A stretch of DNA of 64,000 nucleotides from Eledone cirrhosa (GCA_964016885.1 OZ024755.1:41478001-41542000), one strand, 5' to 3'; shown: positions 26,392 through 41,300, counted from the first letter of the stretch. The notes: generated from the sequence alone by a model not told the origin. Numbers and translations are program-made.

Positions 26392-29300
26392 CGAAAAGTG
26401 AACAGAATACCTGGAGTATGAAGAGGAGGTGGACAAGGGCATTCATTGATAAGGTCGTAGAGTATGATGAAAGACCTTTCATGGATCAGAAGCCACATTT
26501 GTAAGACATTCTTGATAGTACAAAACAGCACTATGACTGCATCACAATTTATTCTAATCCTGCAAATTTTCACAACAATTTGCCCAATAGTAGACGTAAA
26601 CACACACGGCAGGCTTCTACAAAGCTCCCCATCTACCACATTTCACTCACAAGGCTGTGGTCAACACAGGGCTATAGCGAAAGATACTTACCCATGTGTG
26701 TCCACGCAGTGGGAACAAACCCTAGCCGACATGCTTTAGAAGCGAACTTCTAAACCACACAGCCATACTGCGGCTATAGTAAAGATACTATAAGCATCTG
26801 AATTAACAAACCTGTTTTTAGACAATTTTCTAAATCATTTCAGGATGTTAAGAGTTGATATCTTCTTTGCCCAATTATTCCTGGGAGGGTCATGGGGAAA
26901 GAGTCCTCATGTACTCCTTCCAACAGGTCCTGTCAGAAGCAACCATCTCCAACTGATCCAGTCAGATTCCCAAGTGAGACCAGCCCAACTCATTGGATGT
27001 TATCCAATCACCTTGCTCAGGATCTCCTGCCGGTTGGTTTTGCCGGTAAAATCTGCCCAGTGATTCTTTCCCAAGACATTCTAACCACATGCCCATTGTA
27101 TCGGAATTGTGATCTCTTAATTCAGAGAAGTAGCGGCTCTACCTGGAGCAACTCTCATCTACGAGCTACACACTATTGAGAAGACCCTTCAGAGGAACCC
27201 CATTTTGGCCACTTGTATTTGCAATCATTACTCAAGATTCTTGACCAAAGGTAAGGGTTGGCATGAATACCAAATTGAAGATAGTGAGTTTGGCTTTTAC
27301 ACTTACCTCCCTTCTTCTGATGACAATGTTGAAGCTGGCACATTACTGCACCAGCTCCTGCAATTCTTGCACTAATCTTGGGTTAATAAATATAATAGAT
27401 TAATAAAACTGAAGTGAAATGCAACCAGTGTGGGTGTGTCTTTCAATGGAATTATGGCCCTCTTAAAGTACAATAATTATCTATCAGATATTACAAAACT
27501 TAGCATCAGGTGTTAAAATTACAGGTACAATTACTACTGTATTAACAGCCACAGGAGGGTTGGGTGAAAAGACAACACAAGGGAAGGTACAAACCCATAG
27601 GCCTGTGGCCCAGAGAGTAACACAAATGAAATGATCGGCTGGTTGCTATGCAGTTTAAACTTGAGTGAGGAGAGGCTGTAAGTAGATTACAAGAAAAAAA
27701 GAAGACATTTTCTATAAAATGGAAAATTTATATATGGACTGGCTTCATAAAGAACTAGAGTGAAATGGTGAAAAACTGCAGTTAAGGCATAGACCCAGTC
27801 ATAAAGCCAAAACACTGGTCTGAATTGTCAGAGCAAAGCTGCGACGTAATTGCACCATAAAGTTCATTGAAGCAGTGAACTCTGTTGATACTACAACCAG
27901 AGTTTCTAGACAAGCCACACCAGCAACCAGAGTTTCTAGACAAGCCATATTAGCAACCAGAGTTTCTAGACAAGCCACATCAGCAACCAGAGTTTCTAGA
28001 CAAGCCACATCAGCAACCAGAGTTTCTAGACAAGCCACATCAGCAACCAGAGTTTCTAGACAAACCACATCAGCAACCAGAGTTTATAGACAAGCCATAT
28101 TAGCAACCAGAGTTTCTAGACAAGCCACATCAGCAACCAGAGTTTCTAGACAAGCCACATCAGCAACCAGAGTTTCTAGACAAGCCACATCAGCAACCAG
28201 AGTTTCTAGACAAGCCACATCAGCAACCAGAGTTTCTAGACAAGCCACATTAGCAACCAGAGTTTCTAGACAAGCATGAAACCCAATCTATGTTTCTGCC
28301 AGAATTCATGTCACATTATCCCCATGAAAGCCGATTAGTAAGATTTCATGCTACTTATAACTATAAGAAAGCCCTACAAGAGAAGCCTTGTTAGTATATT
28401 GGGTGCAACAAGGAAGCAGTGTATTTGACAGCATTGCAGCAGGAAGATGACATCTGAAGACATAAGCTGGTCAATAAGAGAGGAAGCATAAACTGCTACA
28501 TGAGAGAAAAGCAATATAAGTTACTGTAAGAGAGATATTAGGTGCTAGAGGGGGTAGAAAATAGAGGAAATAAGAGAGGAGGGTAAACTGCTTTAGGAGA
28601 GAGAAGAATAAGCTGTTATTGGAGAAATAAATAAAAAGCAAGAGAACCAAAAAAGAAATCAGTGATTAAAAAGTGACTGTTATAGCTATAACAGCTTCTA
28701 AAGTCATTGTTATAGCTATGACCATAGCTATAACAGCCTCTATATAATAAAGTCACTGTTATAGCTATGACCATAGCTATAACAGCCTCTATATAATAAA
28801 GTCACTGTTATAGCTATGACCATAGCTATAACAACCTCTATATAATAAAGTCACTGTTATAGCTATGACCATAGCTATAACAGCCTCTATATAATAAAGT
28901 CACTGTTATAGCTATGACCATAGCTATAACAGCCTCTATATAATTTCTTCAGATTTACACATGAAATATCAAACTACTTCAATTACTAACAAATATGATA
29001 ATTTAGAATAATAAAATGGAATTAGGTCAATATTTCAAATTAGAGTTACTAAACTACATGGAAAGGTTGATGTAAAAGTGCTGACTATATGTAACCTCAT
29101 CGACCAATCACACCATAGCAATATAAACATATCTTCACTAACTGTGAAAATAACTGCTACTAGTTTCTCTATTCTTCTTGGAGATTTTCGTTTATTATGG
29201 ATAGGCCGAAATGATGGAGTAACCCTAAATATATATATATATATAAATCTACGTGTTTCCAGGCAACCATGCGAAACATTATTTCAGACACAGAGTCTAT

Positions 29301-32300
29301 GCACCCACTGCAACCCCCACAAATATCCACCATCATCTCCCCTCCGCTACCATTGACGGCAAAAGCCCAGACTTCTCAATTGGCCCCATCAATGTGAGCA
29401 CAATGAAAGGAAGTACAGGAGAGATTGTAGAGTTGTTAGCACTAAAGAAAATTGGTGTAAACTGTGTGCAAGAGACTAGATGGAGGGGAGAGTCAGCTAA
29501 ACTCCTTGTAGTAATAAGCATAAATGAACCTAGAGAGAAACTAGGCATAAGAAGGAATCAGATGCAGTGTGCAGGAGAGGAGACTGAGTTGGTGTGGACA
29601 TGTGATACGTATGAAGGATGATAGCTGTATAGAAAGGTGCAGAACGCTCAAAGTCGATGGAAGCCTTGGAGTGAGGAGACCCAGGAAAATCGGGGGTGAG
29701 GTGATAAAAGCTGATCTTGCACAATTGCACTTCGCAAAGGCGATGATACAGAACCAAGATATCTGGCATTATGTTGTAATACAGAAGATCTGCCTTCCCA
29801 TGTGCACAGGCTGAAGCACACATACAGCATGCACAACCATCACCTCTACCAACAACCCCTTCCATACACCTCCCATGAGCACAGGCTGTAGCATACACCT
29901 AGCGTGCACCACAATGTCCATCCCCTTCCATTTACCTCTCCCAGTCCACAGCCTACACTTCAAAGTGGTTGTGGGTGCGTCACGACATAAAGCATCCACC
30001 CCACACTGTAAAAAGGTTGTGTAGGCGCCACAACAAAAGGCACCCAGCCCACACTGTAAATGTGTGAGGAAGAGCATCCAGCCGTAGAAATCAAGCACAA
30101 ATCAGTTGTGTATGAACGAAACAGTCCTCCGACCTGATCTCTCACAAAGGGACAGCTTGTCCTACCCATGCTAGCGTGGAAAATGGCCGTCAAACAGTGA
30201 TGATATTGATCATATATATATATATATATATATAGATATATATATACACATGCATACATACACACGGTGTTTAAAAAAAATTAGATATAATTGAGATGTA
30301 AATATTCAAGAAATCATGGAATCCACATACCTTTGAATTTCTCATTCAAATTTGGAGGAATAAATCTTATGTTGCTCAACATTAAACCTGCTCAGTCTCG
30401 ATCCAGAATCAATTATCTAACTTCTCCGATATTTGGTGAAATGTATTCATATTTTATGAAGGATATATATATGATTTTTATCAGTTATCTATATTTAAAA
30501 TTTTTGTTAAATTTTAATATGATACTGTAACGAAGTATCATTAACCCTTTAGCATTCACATTGAATTGTCAAATGTCATGTTCATCTATTCGCATTATTT
30601 TCACTTAATTATACTCAAGAGGGTTATCAATTTTATTTGTATGTAATTACTTAATTAACAGGTGTAAAAGTAATAACTTTATGGATAAACACAAAAATTT
30701 AAACTTTATCTGCCTTATCTGTTAGATTTGTTGCAAAAAAATCCAATAATGACCTAGATGCTGATTTCCATCAATTCTAGCAGTTTTCTGAACAGGTGAA
30801 TTAATTAAAAATGCAGGTGTAATCAGTACACGGTTTTAGTCTTTCTCTACATTCCAGGCAAATATTTTCATTGAAAAAAATGTATAAAACCTTTTCACCG
30901 GTCAAAATAATATTGGCAATGTACTCTGTAAATGTACGGTGTAAAATTACATAATAGAAAGTTCCCAATATATAAGTTTATACACACTTTTAAATTTTTC
31001 TGACAATATTTCAATTAATGGTCGTACTTTGATTCATTTCTACCAGGGGCATTTGAAGTATCAACCAGATGCAAATACTGGTTTAATTTAATGAATCTCG
31101 TTTTTGCCATAATACTAGATATATAAGGGTCACCAAACCTTATATCAGTACTCCAATAATTCCACAGTCGTGGAAATTGTTTAATACCAAACATAATATT
31201 TATGGTAAAAAACGCTTTCATTTCGGCAGAATCTGTCGGACAACATAACAGATCGGGTTTTCCGATATTAGAAATTTGTTGTTGTGCATAGCGATTTGCC
31301 ACAACTTCGAAGAAAGATTGTGGTAAAAATAAAAAATAATAATCCAGTGCTTTAGCATCGGGTGGTAATGTGTGTTGTGGTCCAATATTTTCAGTAAAAT
31401 CCGAAACATGTATCGATGTTGTTTCTTTCAACCACGTTGCTATTTTTTCAATGGTGTCAGTCAAATCTTCTCTTTCACTTTCAAAGTAACTATCATCATT
31501 ATCAGATATATCAGAAATAAATATATCTGATTCGTTTGAAGATAAATCACTGATATTATCTTCTGTTTCTTTTTGATCTCGAATGTCGTCGGACGTAAAA
31601 CCTTCAAATTCGTTGTCGCTACTTTCGGAAGCCATGTTACACTTTCAACGTTAAAAACACGTGTTATCGCAAGTTCTTTAACTATACTAAGAGTTAATTT
31701 TCGCGCGTAAGGGCTTTATCTCGCAGTAATCTCGAATTGACGAGATTTCGATGATGTCAATGTTTATTTTTAGAAGGAAATCTCCGTGTGGTATTAAATG
31801 TCGGTTTTTGTCGGTTTGAATAAATGAAAGGGGACATAATTTTGTCGGTTTTTGTCGCTTTGAACGCTAAAGGGTTAACTTGGAGCAACAGTTACAAAGA
31901 TTATTTTTCAAATACATTGTAATTAAAACCTTAGCCACATGAGGATCTAGAATTTTCTAAAAGACAACCTCCCTAATGCTGGTACATTAAGTACACCCTG
32001 TAAAGTGTGACATAAAAAGAAAACACACCCAGTACCCCCACAGAAAGGAATATGATAAGTGAAGGAAAGTTGTGCTGGAGAAGACTTGTCAAACAAATGG
32101 AAGGATGGAAAGGCAGATAGATGTGATGGTTGAATAAGGATTTAGGTAAAGTAGTGACATAGCAAAGGAGAGTTAGTACAGGACTAGAAGGTAACATTAG
32201 TAGTGACATAAGAGACTTAGTACAGGACTAGAAGGTAACATTAGTAGTGACATAGGAGACTTAGTACAGGACTAGAAGCAACAAAGATGAAAAAATCTAC

Positions 32301-35300
32301 AAATAAAGTTTTTACCTGGGATTAAATCAAATGAAGTTTTGTCTGAGAACTTAACAGCTAATTTTAGATGTCGACAGTCTTCAAATGCTTTTTCAGAACC
32401 TGTAAATTTAATAGATAAAGCAGATTTTAAACAAAAAAATTATATTACAATTTAGAACAGAAGTTCTCAAACTTTTTGAGGAACCCCCCCTCACAGCCAC
32501 TTCGAAACCATGGTAAAATATGGAACATATGAACAAGGCGTGGTTATCTATGTCTTGTTTTGAACCATGACAAGCTAGCCAACCCAGTATAGAAGAGCTA
32601 TGTTTAACAATGATGTTTTCTTTAAATAAATACCTTCAAAGTTAGCAAACATAGCTACAGGAAGGAGTAACTTGCTGTTTATTTCAGCTTCCACTTTTGA
32701 TGGCAACAACTTTATTTTAGTAGGAGGTAGGACTGCAACCTAGAAAGAAAAGCAAAAAATATTTTTTAAGAGATCATCACACTAACACACACGCGGACAC
32801 AAGCTAACACAATGACCCATGCAAACACACACAAACATACTCACTAACACACCCAATAACATATACATTAGCACTAACATCCACATTTATACATAACACA
32901 CACAACACATTGCATGAAAGTATTAAACCCTTTTGTTAAACCCTAGTCCTTGCAGCTAAATCTGTGGGAGAGTTAGAGGCACAATTTCAAGCATGGAAGA
33001 AGAACCTAGAGTTGAAAGGCCTAAAAGTAAATTTAGCAAAGACAAAAGTCCTAATAAGTAGGAAAGAAGACAGCAAGGTTATATCATCGGGGAAATGGTC
33101 TTGTTCGATATGTCAGAAAGGGGTGGACAGAAATTTCATACAGTGCACTCAATGTAAATTATGGACACACAAGATGTAGTGGGATTTCAAGCAGACTAAG
33201 GGAAAATATAAACTTTACATGCAACAGATGCACTGGAGAAGTGAGCACAAAGAGCACATATGAAATAGAATCCCTCAGCTGTCCCCCGGGGAGGGGACTT
33301 CATAGAAGTTGTTGACAGCTTTCTCTATCAAGGTGATCAAATTAGTAGTGGGGGAAGATGCACTGAAAGTGTGATAGCTAGGATAAGAACAGGCTGCAAG
33401 AACTTTAGAGATCTATTACCATAGCTAACAACAAAATGCTTTTCACTCAGAGTAAAGGGTAGATTGTATGATGCCTGTGTGTGAACTCTAATGTTACATG
33501 GCAGTGAAACTTGGGCCTTGACTGCAGGAAACCCGCAGAGGCTAGAAAGAAATGAATTGAGTATGATCTAATGGATGAGTGTACATGAGTGACATAGTAT
33601 AAGCAAACAGAGAAAAACTTGTCATAAGAGGAACTGGATGTAATGTGCAAGATAGAAGACTGCACTGGTATGGACATCTGATGTGCATGAAAGATAACAG
33701 CTGGATAAAGTGCAGGGAAACTCCAGTTACAGGGACCCGTGGAAGAGGTAGACTCAGGAAGACATGGGATGAGGTTGTGAAGACTGACCTTAGGAAACTA
33801 AATCTCACAACAGAAATGACTAAAGATCATGAGGGCTGGAGCTATGTGGTGCTAAAGAAGACCTAACCTGTAACATATATTTGTCCATACATTCAGTCGT
33901 GCCAAGGCGTGACAGCTGCCCTAGTGTTGGTGATCTACAGGATAAACACACTCAGTACATGCAAGGGTATCCAGTTGTAGAAAACTTGACAAACAAAGGG
34001 TTGAGAGGACCCTCAGTTGTGTCAAAGACATGACAACCTCCTCTGTGCACAACTGTACATAAGCGAAATGACAGATCCCTGGCTTGTCTAGGAGATCAGA
34101 GTAGCTAGCGTTTCAGTACTGACTTGGTCTACATAGACCCATCCAGCCCTTGCTAGCAGGGAAAGCAGATATTAAAACAACAATGATGATTAAAATTAGA
34201 CTTTTGAACTCAGCAGCATTCTAATTCTCATGTCCTCATTGTCATAATTCCCTTAATTTAAAAATAAGTCATGTCAGAAAAAATATAAAATCATGATAAA
34301 AAAGGATCGATCGGCTGTCGTCAAATCAGACCGAGGAAACAATGTTTTCATCGGTCTTTCCAATTGCTAATACTATCTATCGGTCGCAACTCCAGGTAGA
34401 AGGAACAACGTGAAATAAAGTGTCTTGCTCAAGGACATAACGTATCGCCCAGTCCAGGAATCAAACTCACAACCTCAAGATTGTGAATCCAATTCTCTAA
34501 CCACTCAGCCACACGCCTTCACTAGATAAAATATACAATAATGATCACAATGAAAGGAAGAGGGACATATCAAGAATTCTGACAGATGTTATAATATAAC
34601 TTTCTCATTATTAAGCTGATGTTTACAGCATAGCTTAAAACATTCTTAGATAAAATAATGATGAAAGGGTGTTAGATAAATATAGTGTTGAAATGTGGTA
34701 ATAATGAATCTACAGTAAAATGCACCAGCACTCTGCCCACCCTGGAATGTGAAAGTGCTGGTGCCATGATGGAATGCACCCAACCCACTCTGTAAAGTGG
34801 TAGTGTAAGCATGGAAAATAAACTTAAAATGATGAAGATGATAAACACTTTAACCCTTTAGCATTTAAACCAGCCTATAGTCCTATACAAATGAGACACG
34901 GTCACCCAATCAATCTTGCCTCAAGTGGGACAATTCCCGTCTAACCCATGCTAGTGTGGAAGATAGACATTAATCGATGATGATATCCAACCAGAATTCT
35001 CTCACCTCTTTCTGCTTAAACCGGCTGTAAGCAGCCACTCATAGTGATGTTAAGGTATTGTTCTCAAAATAAATAATATCAAAATCTCATAGATTCGATA
35101 TTATTTAAGATAATTATGTAAGATAAAGCCTTTACCATAAAAATACAATATTTAGAGTAATCTAAATGCTAAAGAGTTAAAATAAAGTTGTGTATTGTAA
35201 AAGCAGGGTTGGTTTTAGATGGTTTTGTATGTAAAGAGTTAAAGATCACCTTTGCCATTCCAGTATGCCTATGGTTCTTGACATCAGCAGCCACAATAGT

Positions 35301-38300
35301 ACTTATACCAAGACTGACAGGACTTGTGAAACCTTTGTTGTTTACAGAGGCAACACTAAGGTTAAATGAATTCCAAGAGTATTCACCACTACCTCCTGAA
35401 GCCTGCAACAAAACAAATATATTTGAAAATATTCACAGACCAAAAATGTTCTCATTTCATATTAAGATAATTAAAAAAGAACACAAGAAACAACAGAAAA
35501 AAATTATCAATTTAGAATCAATAATAATAATAATAATAATGTAAAGGAAAGTTTTAAAAAAAATGAAATATCCAACTCATACCAGCGCAGGTTTAGCTGT
35601 ATTGGCATGAGTTTGTTCAGGTGTTCTAATTGCACTCTTAGCACAAAAACAATGCCACAGGCATTTTTCTTGAACTCCATGCCGAAATATTCTTTATTTC
35701 ATGTCAAGTAAAACAGAACATAAATAAAATATCAGATTCAACTAAAAAAGATGACCCACTTAACCAGATCAAAATTCCCAAATTTCCATTAATTTATAAA
35801 AATTGTGATAGGACGAGAAATATATATATATAAAATAGTGTTTTCAAACAAAGACAAATGAAAATGTTACACCTATAACAAAACAACTCTTACCGTAAGC
35901 TTTGAGCTATAACTGAACTTTGTATTGGGTTCCCATGGGAATAATATGGAATTTGGTTCCACCACAATTTTATCATATATCTCCAGCAATTGTTCAGTCC
36001 TTAGGGGAGGTACAAACAAATGTTTCTTTTCCTTTAAAAGAAGATTATTCATAAATTAGATATTTATAGCAGTATTTAGTACAATGTGGGGGAAAAAATT
36101 AGACTCCTCTTTTTATAACACTATATGTTCAAATGATTTAATGGCAGAAATACAACTGGAGAAAAAAACTAATTAAACCATTTGTGGTCATATTTCTAAT
36201 GAAGTACAGAGTATTTTAATTAATAAAGAATTTGGAGAGATTTACTAAAATTTTTAATTATTTCATTATCAAGATGGTATTTCTAACAACTCTTTAGTTT
36301 TAAACCGGTCGCATCTGGCCAAAATTCTCTCACCTCTTTCTGTTCAAACCGGCTATAATCAGTTGCTGATACTGATGTTAAGGTATTGTTCTCAACATAG
36401 ATAATATCAAAATCTTGTAGATTCAATATCAAGCGAGATAATTATGTAAGATAAAGCCTTTACCATGAAAATACAATCATATATAGAGTAATGCAAATGC
36501 TAAAGGGTTAAACAAGTGTTGTTTGTTTATGGCAGTCAGCTTAGCAGATAAACAGGTGAAATTTAGTGTAAGTAGTACCATGCTTTAAGAAAATCCAATC
36601 ACAGAAATGCTTCATTCAACTCATGCCAGCAAAGAGAAGATTAACATAAACATAATTGTTTGTGAATTGGTTGGCATTAGGAAAGATATCTAGCTGTAGG
36701 AATCATACCAATGTGTGAATTGGTAGGGTATAAGGGTAGGGTACATTTCAGACACTATATGCCAGTTAAACCCACCAAATGGGGCATCAAGGTGTGGGAA
36801 CTCTCTGAATCAAACACAGGCTACTGTGCAAACTTTGATATTTACACGGGCACAAAAAAAATAGCGGAGAGAGAAAAAATGGATCGAGATACGATGTGTT
36901 GTCTTTGACTGAACCCTTCCACTCTCAACACAGACACATATATTTTGATTGAGATACGATGTGTGGTCTCTGACTGAACCCTTCCACTCTCAGATGTTGT
37001 GTGGTCTCTGACTGAACCCTTCCACTCTCAGATGTTGTGTGGTCTCTGACTGAACCCTTCCACTCTCAGATGTTGTGTGGTCTCTGACTGAACCCTTCCA
37101 CTCTCAGATGTTGCGTGGTCTTCGACCGAACCCTTCCACTCTCAGATGTTGTGTGGTCTCTGACTGAACCCTTCCACTCTCAGATGTTGTGTGGTCTTCA
37201 ACTGAACCCTTCCACTCTCAGATGTTGCGTGGTCTTCAACTGAACCCTTCCACTCTCAGATGTTGCGTGGTCTTCGACTGAACCCTTCCACTCTCAGATG
37301 TTGTGTGGTCTCTGACTGAACCCTTCCACTCTCAGATGTTGCGTGGTCTTCGACTGAACCCTTCCACTCTCAGATGTTGTGTGGTCTTCAACTGAACCCT
37401 TCCACTCTCAGATGTTGTGTGGTCTCTGACTGAACCCTTCCACTCTCAGATGTTGTGTGGTCTTCAACTGAACCCTTCCACTCTCAGATGTTGCGTGGTC
37501 TTCAACTGAACCCTTCCACTCTCAGATGTTGCGTGGTCTTCAACTGAACCCTTCCACTCTCAGATGTTGCGTGGTCTTCAACTGAACCCTTCCACTCTCA
37601 GATGTTGTGTGGTCTTCGACTGAACCCTTCCACTCTCAGATGTTGCGTGGTCTTCAACTGAACCCTTCCACTCTCAGATGTTGCGTGGTCTTCAACTGAA
37701 CCCTTCCACTCTCAGATGTTGTGTGGTCTCTGACTGAACCCTTCCACTCTCAGATGTTGTGTGGTCTCTGACTGAACCCTTCCACTCTCAGATGTTGTGT
37801 GGTCTTCAACTGAACCCTTCCACTCTCAGATGTTGCGTGGTCTTCAACTGAACCCTTCCACTCTCAGATGTTGTGTGGTCTCTGACTGAACCCTTCCACT
37901 CTCAGATGTTGTGTGGTCTTCAACTGAACCCTTCCACTCTCAGATGTTGCGTGGTCTTCAACTGAACCCTTCCACTCTCAGATGTTGTGTGGTCTTCAAC
38001 TGAACCCTTCCACTCTCAGATGTTGCGTGGTCTTCAACTGAACCCTTCCACTCTCAGATGTTGTGTGGTCTTCGACTGAACCCTTCCACTCTCAGATGTT
38101 GTGTGGTCTCTGACTGAACCCTTCCACTCTCAGATGTTGTGTGGTCTTCAACTGAACCCTTCCACTCTCAGATGTTGTGTGGTCTTCAACTGAACCCTTC
38201 CACTCTCAGATGTTGTGTGGTCTTCAACTGAACCCTTCCACTCTCAGATGTTGTGTGGTCTCTGACTGAACCCTTCCACTCTCAGATGTTGTGTGGTCTC

Positions 38301-41300
38301 TGACTGAACCCTTCCACTCTCAGATGTTGTGTGGTCTTCGACTGAACCCTTCCACTCTCAGATGTTGTGTGGTCTTCGACTGAACCCTTCCACTCTCAGA
38401 TGTTGCGTGGTCTTCAACTGAACCCTTCCACTCTCAACACAGACACATATATTTTGACTGGGTTTTTTCTTCAGTGCTTCTGGCAGAGGATCTTGCCCTT
38501 ATAAATACGTACTCCTGTGGTACAATAATGGGGAATCGCAAAGGGCTACCCCAAGAAATAAAAGTTATGAAATTTAAAAAAAGAGGGGATTCTCCAAGTA
38601 CAAAAAGGGAACATGCGAGCCACATCGTACAAAGACAAACGGCAAATTTTGTTCCTATCTTCTAACCAACAACCAGGTGTTGAGGCTGAAGGTAAACCTT
38701 TAGTTAACCTCTCTTACAATATAAGGGTGGGGTTGACAAATCTGACCAGTATTGTGCGTATTACCCAGTTGGACAGCCTAGAAAGAAATGGTGGAGATAT
38801 ATTTTGTGGCTTTTAGTGAATTTAACCATTGTAAATTCTTGTATTGTATTCACTAAAAGCCACAAGGATCCACCACCAAATGGATGTTGGATGAAGATGA
38901 ATATTGAAAAAAAAATATTGGAACACATTATATATGAAAACACCTGCATTCACATGTGTAACACCTGTTAATGAACTTATATATTGGGCACATTCTGTTA
39001 TGTAAATCTACCCAATATTTTGTGTAAGACTACATTGCTAATATTATTTTGACAGGTGAAAGGGTTTTATACTTTTTGTACAATGAAAATATTTACATGG
39101 AGTGTAGAGAAATAGTAAAACCTTGTATTCATTATACCTGTATTTTAATTAATTCACCTGTTTGGAAAAGTGCTAAAATTGTTGGAAGTCAACATCTAGG
39201 TCATTGTTAGATAATTTTTGTAACAAACCTAACAAGTAAGGCAGATAAAGTTGAAATTTTTGTGTTTATCCCTAAAGTCATTACTTTTACACCTGTTAAT
39301 TGATTTCACCTGCCTATGAAAGTCAAATAAAAAAAAATAAAAAAAAATCAGGTAAAAATAGATAATTGTAAATTACACATATTTAAACACCCACTGACAA
39401 AATTTTGAGTCTTGTACATAGAAAATTAACAAAATTACGAACAAATAAAGTTGATAACTTCTTGAGTACGATTAACTGAAAATAATGTAGATCAAGTTGA
39501 CATTTGACAGAGTAATGTGACTGCTAAAGGGTTAACCCTTTAGCATTTGAATTGGCCATATCTGGCCAGAATTCTCTCACGTCTTTCTGTTTAAACCAGA
39601 CGTAATTGGCCACTCATTCTTATGTTGAGGTAGTGTTCTCAAAATAAATAACATCAAAATCTCATAGATTTGATATTATGTGAGATAATTACATAAGGTA
39701 AAGCCTTTACCACAACAATACAATATATATAGAGTAATGTAAATGGTAAAGGGTTGAAGTACAAACTAAGATTAATTCTTAATATTCTATAATGATTTAA
39801 TAGAAAATATCTAAAAGCAGGTTTTTAATTCAAATGTTTATAGTATTTTTCGAATGGACAGATTGTTTTGAAAATCTTCAGCAAAGTAAAGACTTTATCT
39901 TTTAACCCTTTAATATTTAAACCAGCCATATCTGGCCAGAGCTCTCTCACCTCTTTCTGTTCAAACTGGCTGTAATCGACCACTCATACCGACACTAAGG
40001 TATTGTTCTCAAAATAAATAACATCCAAATCTCGTGGATTTGATATTACGAGATAATTATGTGAGATAAAGCCTTTACTGTGAAAATACAATGGTATATA
40101 TAGAGTAGTGTAAATACTAATGTAAATACTAAAGGGTTAATACAATAGTATATATAGAGAGTAATGTAAATACTAAAGGGTTAATACAAGGATTAATACA
40201 ATAGTATATCTATATATAGTAATATAAATGTTAAAGGGTTAATACAATAGCATATATATATATATATATATAGTAATGTAAATACTAAAGGGTTAATTCA
40301 ATAGCATATATATAGTAATGTAAATACTAAAGGGTTAATTCAATAGCATATATAATGTAAATACTAAAGGGTTAATACAATATTATATATAGAGTAATGT
40401 AAATACTAAAGGGTTAATGTTGTCATAGAGCTCTTTTATACTTTCCAAGAATATTTTATTAATACAGTTCTCTGTAATACAGGATGTTAAGATTTCAGAG
40501 AGGATTACATAGGATATTACTTACAGATAGAACACCTTTTAAACTACCCTTAATGCTAACAATTCCTTTCTTTAAAGTTGTCACATGGAAGTAAGAACCA
40601 TTCTTCGTCTGGTGATTCACTCGGAAATAATCTGCTGGAAACAGGGCTTCAATTATGAGGTTCTGCAATAAATAATAATAATAATAATAATATTTCTACT
40701 ATAGGCACAATGCCAGCAATTTTTGGGGAAGGAAAAGTTGATTAAATCGACCCCAGTGCATTACTGGTATTTTATTTTGATATCGACCCCGTAAGGATGA
40801 AAGACAAAGCTAACCTCGGTGGCATTTGAACTCAGCATGTAAAGAACCGTAACTCTATGCCGCAAAGCATGTTGTCTGATGCTCTACCGATACTGGCAAT
40901 TGTAATAGAAGCTCACTACACAGTATTAAAAAAAAAATTGTTAGGAACAGCCCACTCCTTGCTCAAGACATCAATTCAATATGTCTTCATATTTATTGTT
41001 TACTAATCTGAATAAGAACGGCAGTAACCCGGGCAACACCGGGTCATTCAGCTAGTTAATAATATTTGGCACAAGGGCTCAAAACATTGGAGACAATACA
41101 ACTAAAAAACAACATAAGTTGGGGTTTACATCAAGGAAAGGAAAAGGGACATGATCAAAGGGAAAATAGTAGGAATAAGAATAAGAGTGATTGTAATATA
41201 GTGATAATAACAGAAACAATATCAGATGCCCCCAGGGAACAGTCCCCAATGATCTTTCCAGCCTTCTCTACTGCTCCACATTCATCAGCCATGCTTCATT

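Noticed and set aside
27799-28279. ORFs with 10-aa repeats
   Set aside because: Products of the 30-bp tandem array.
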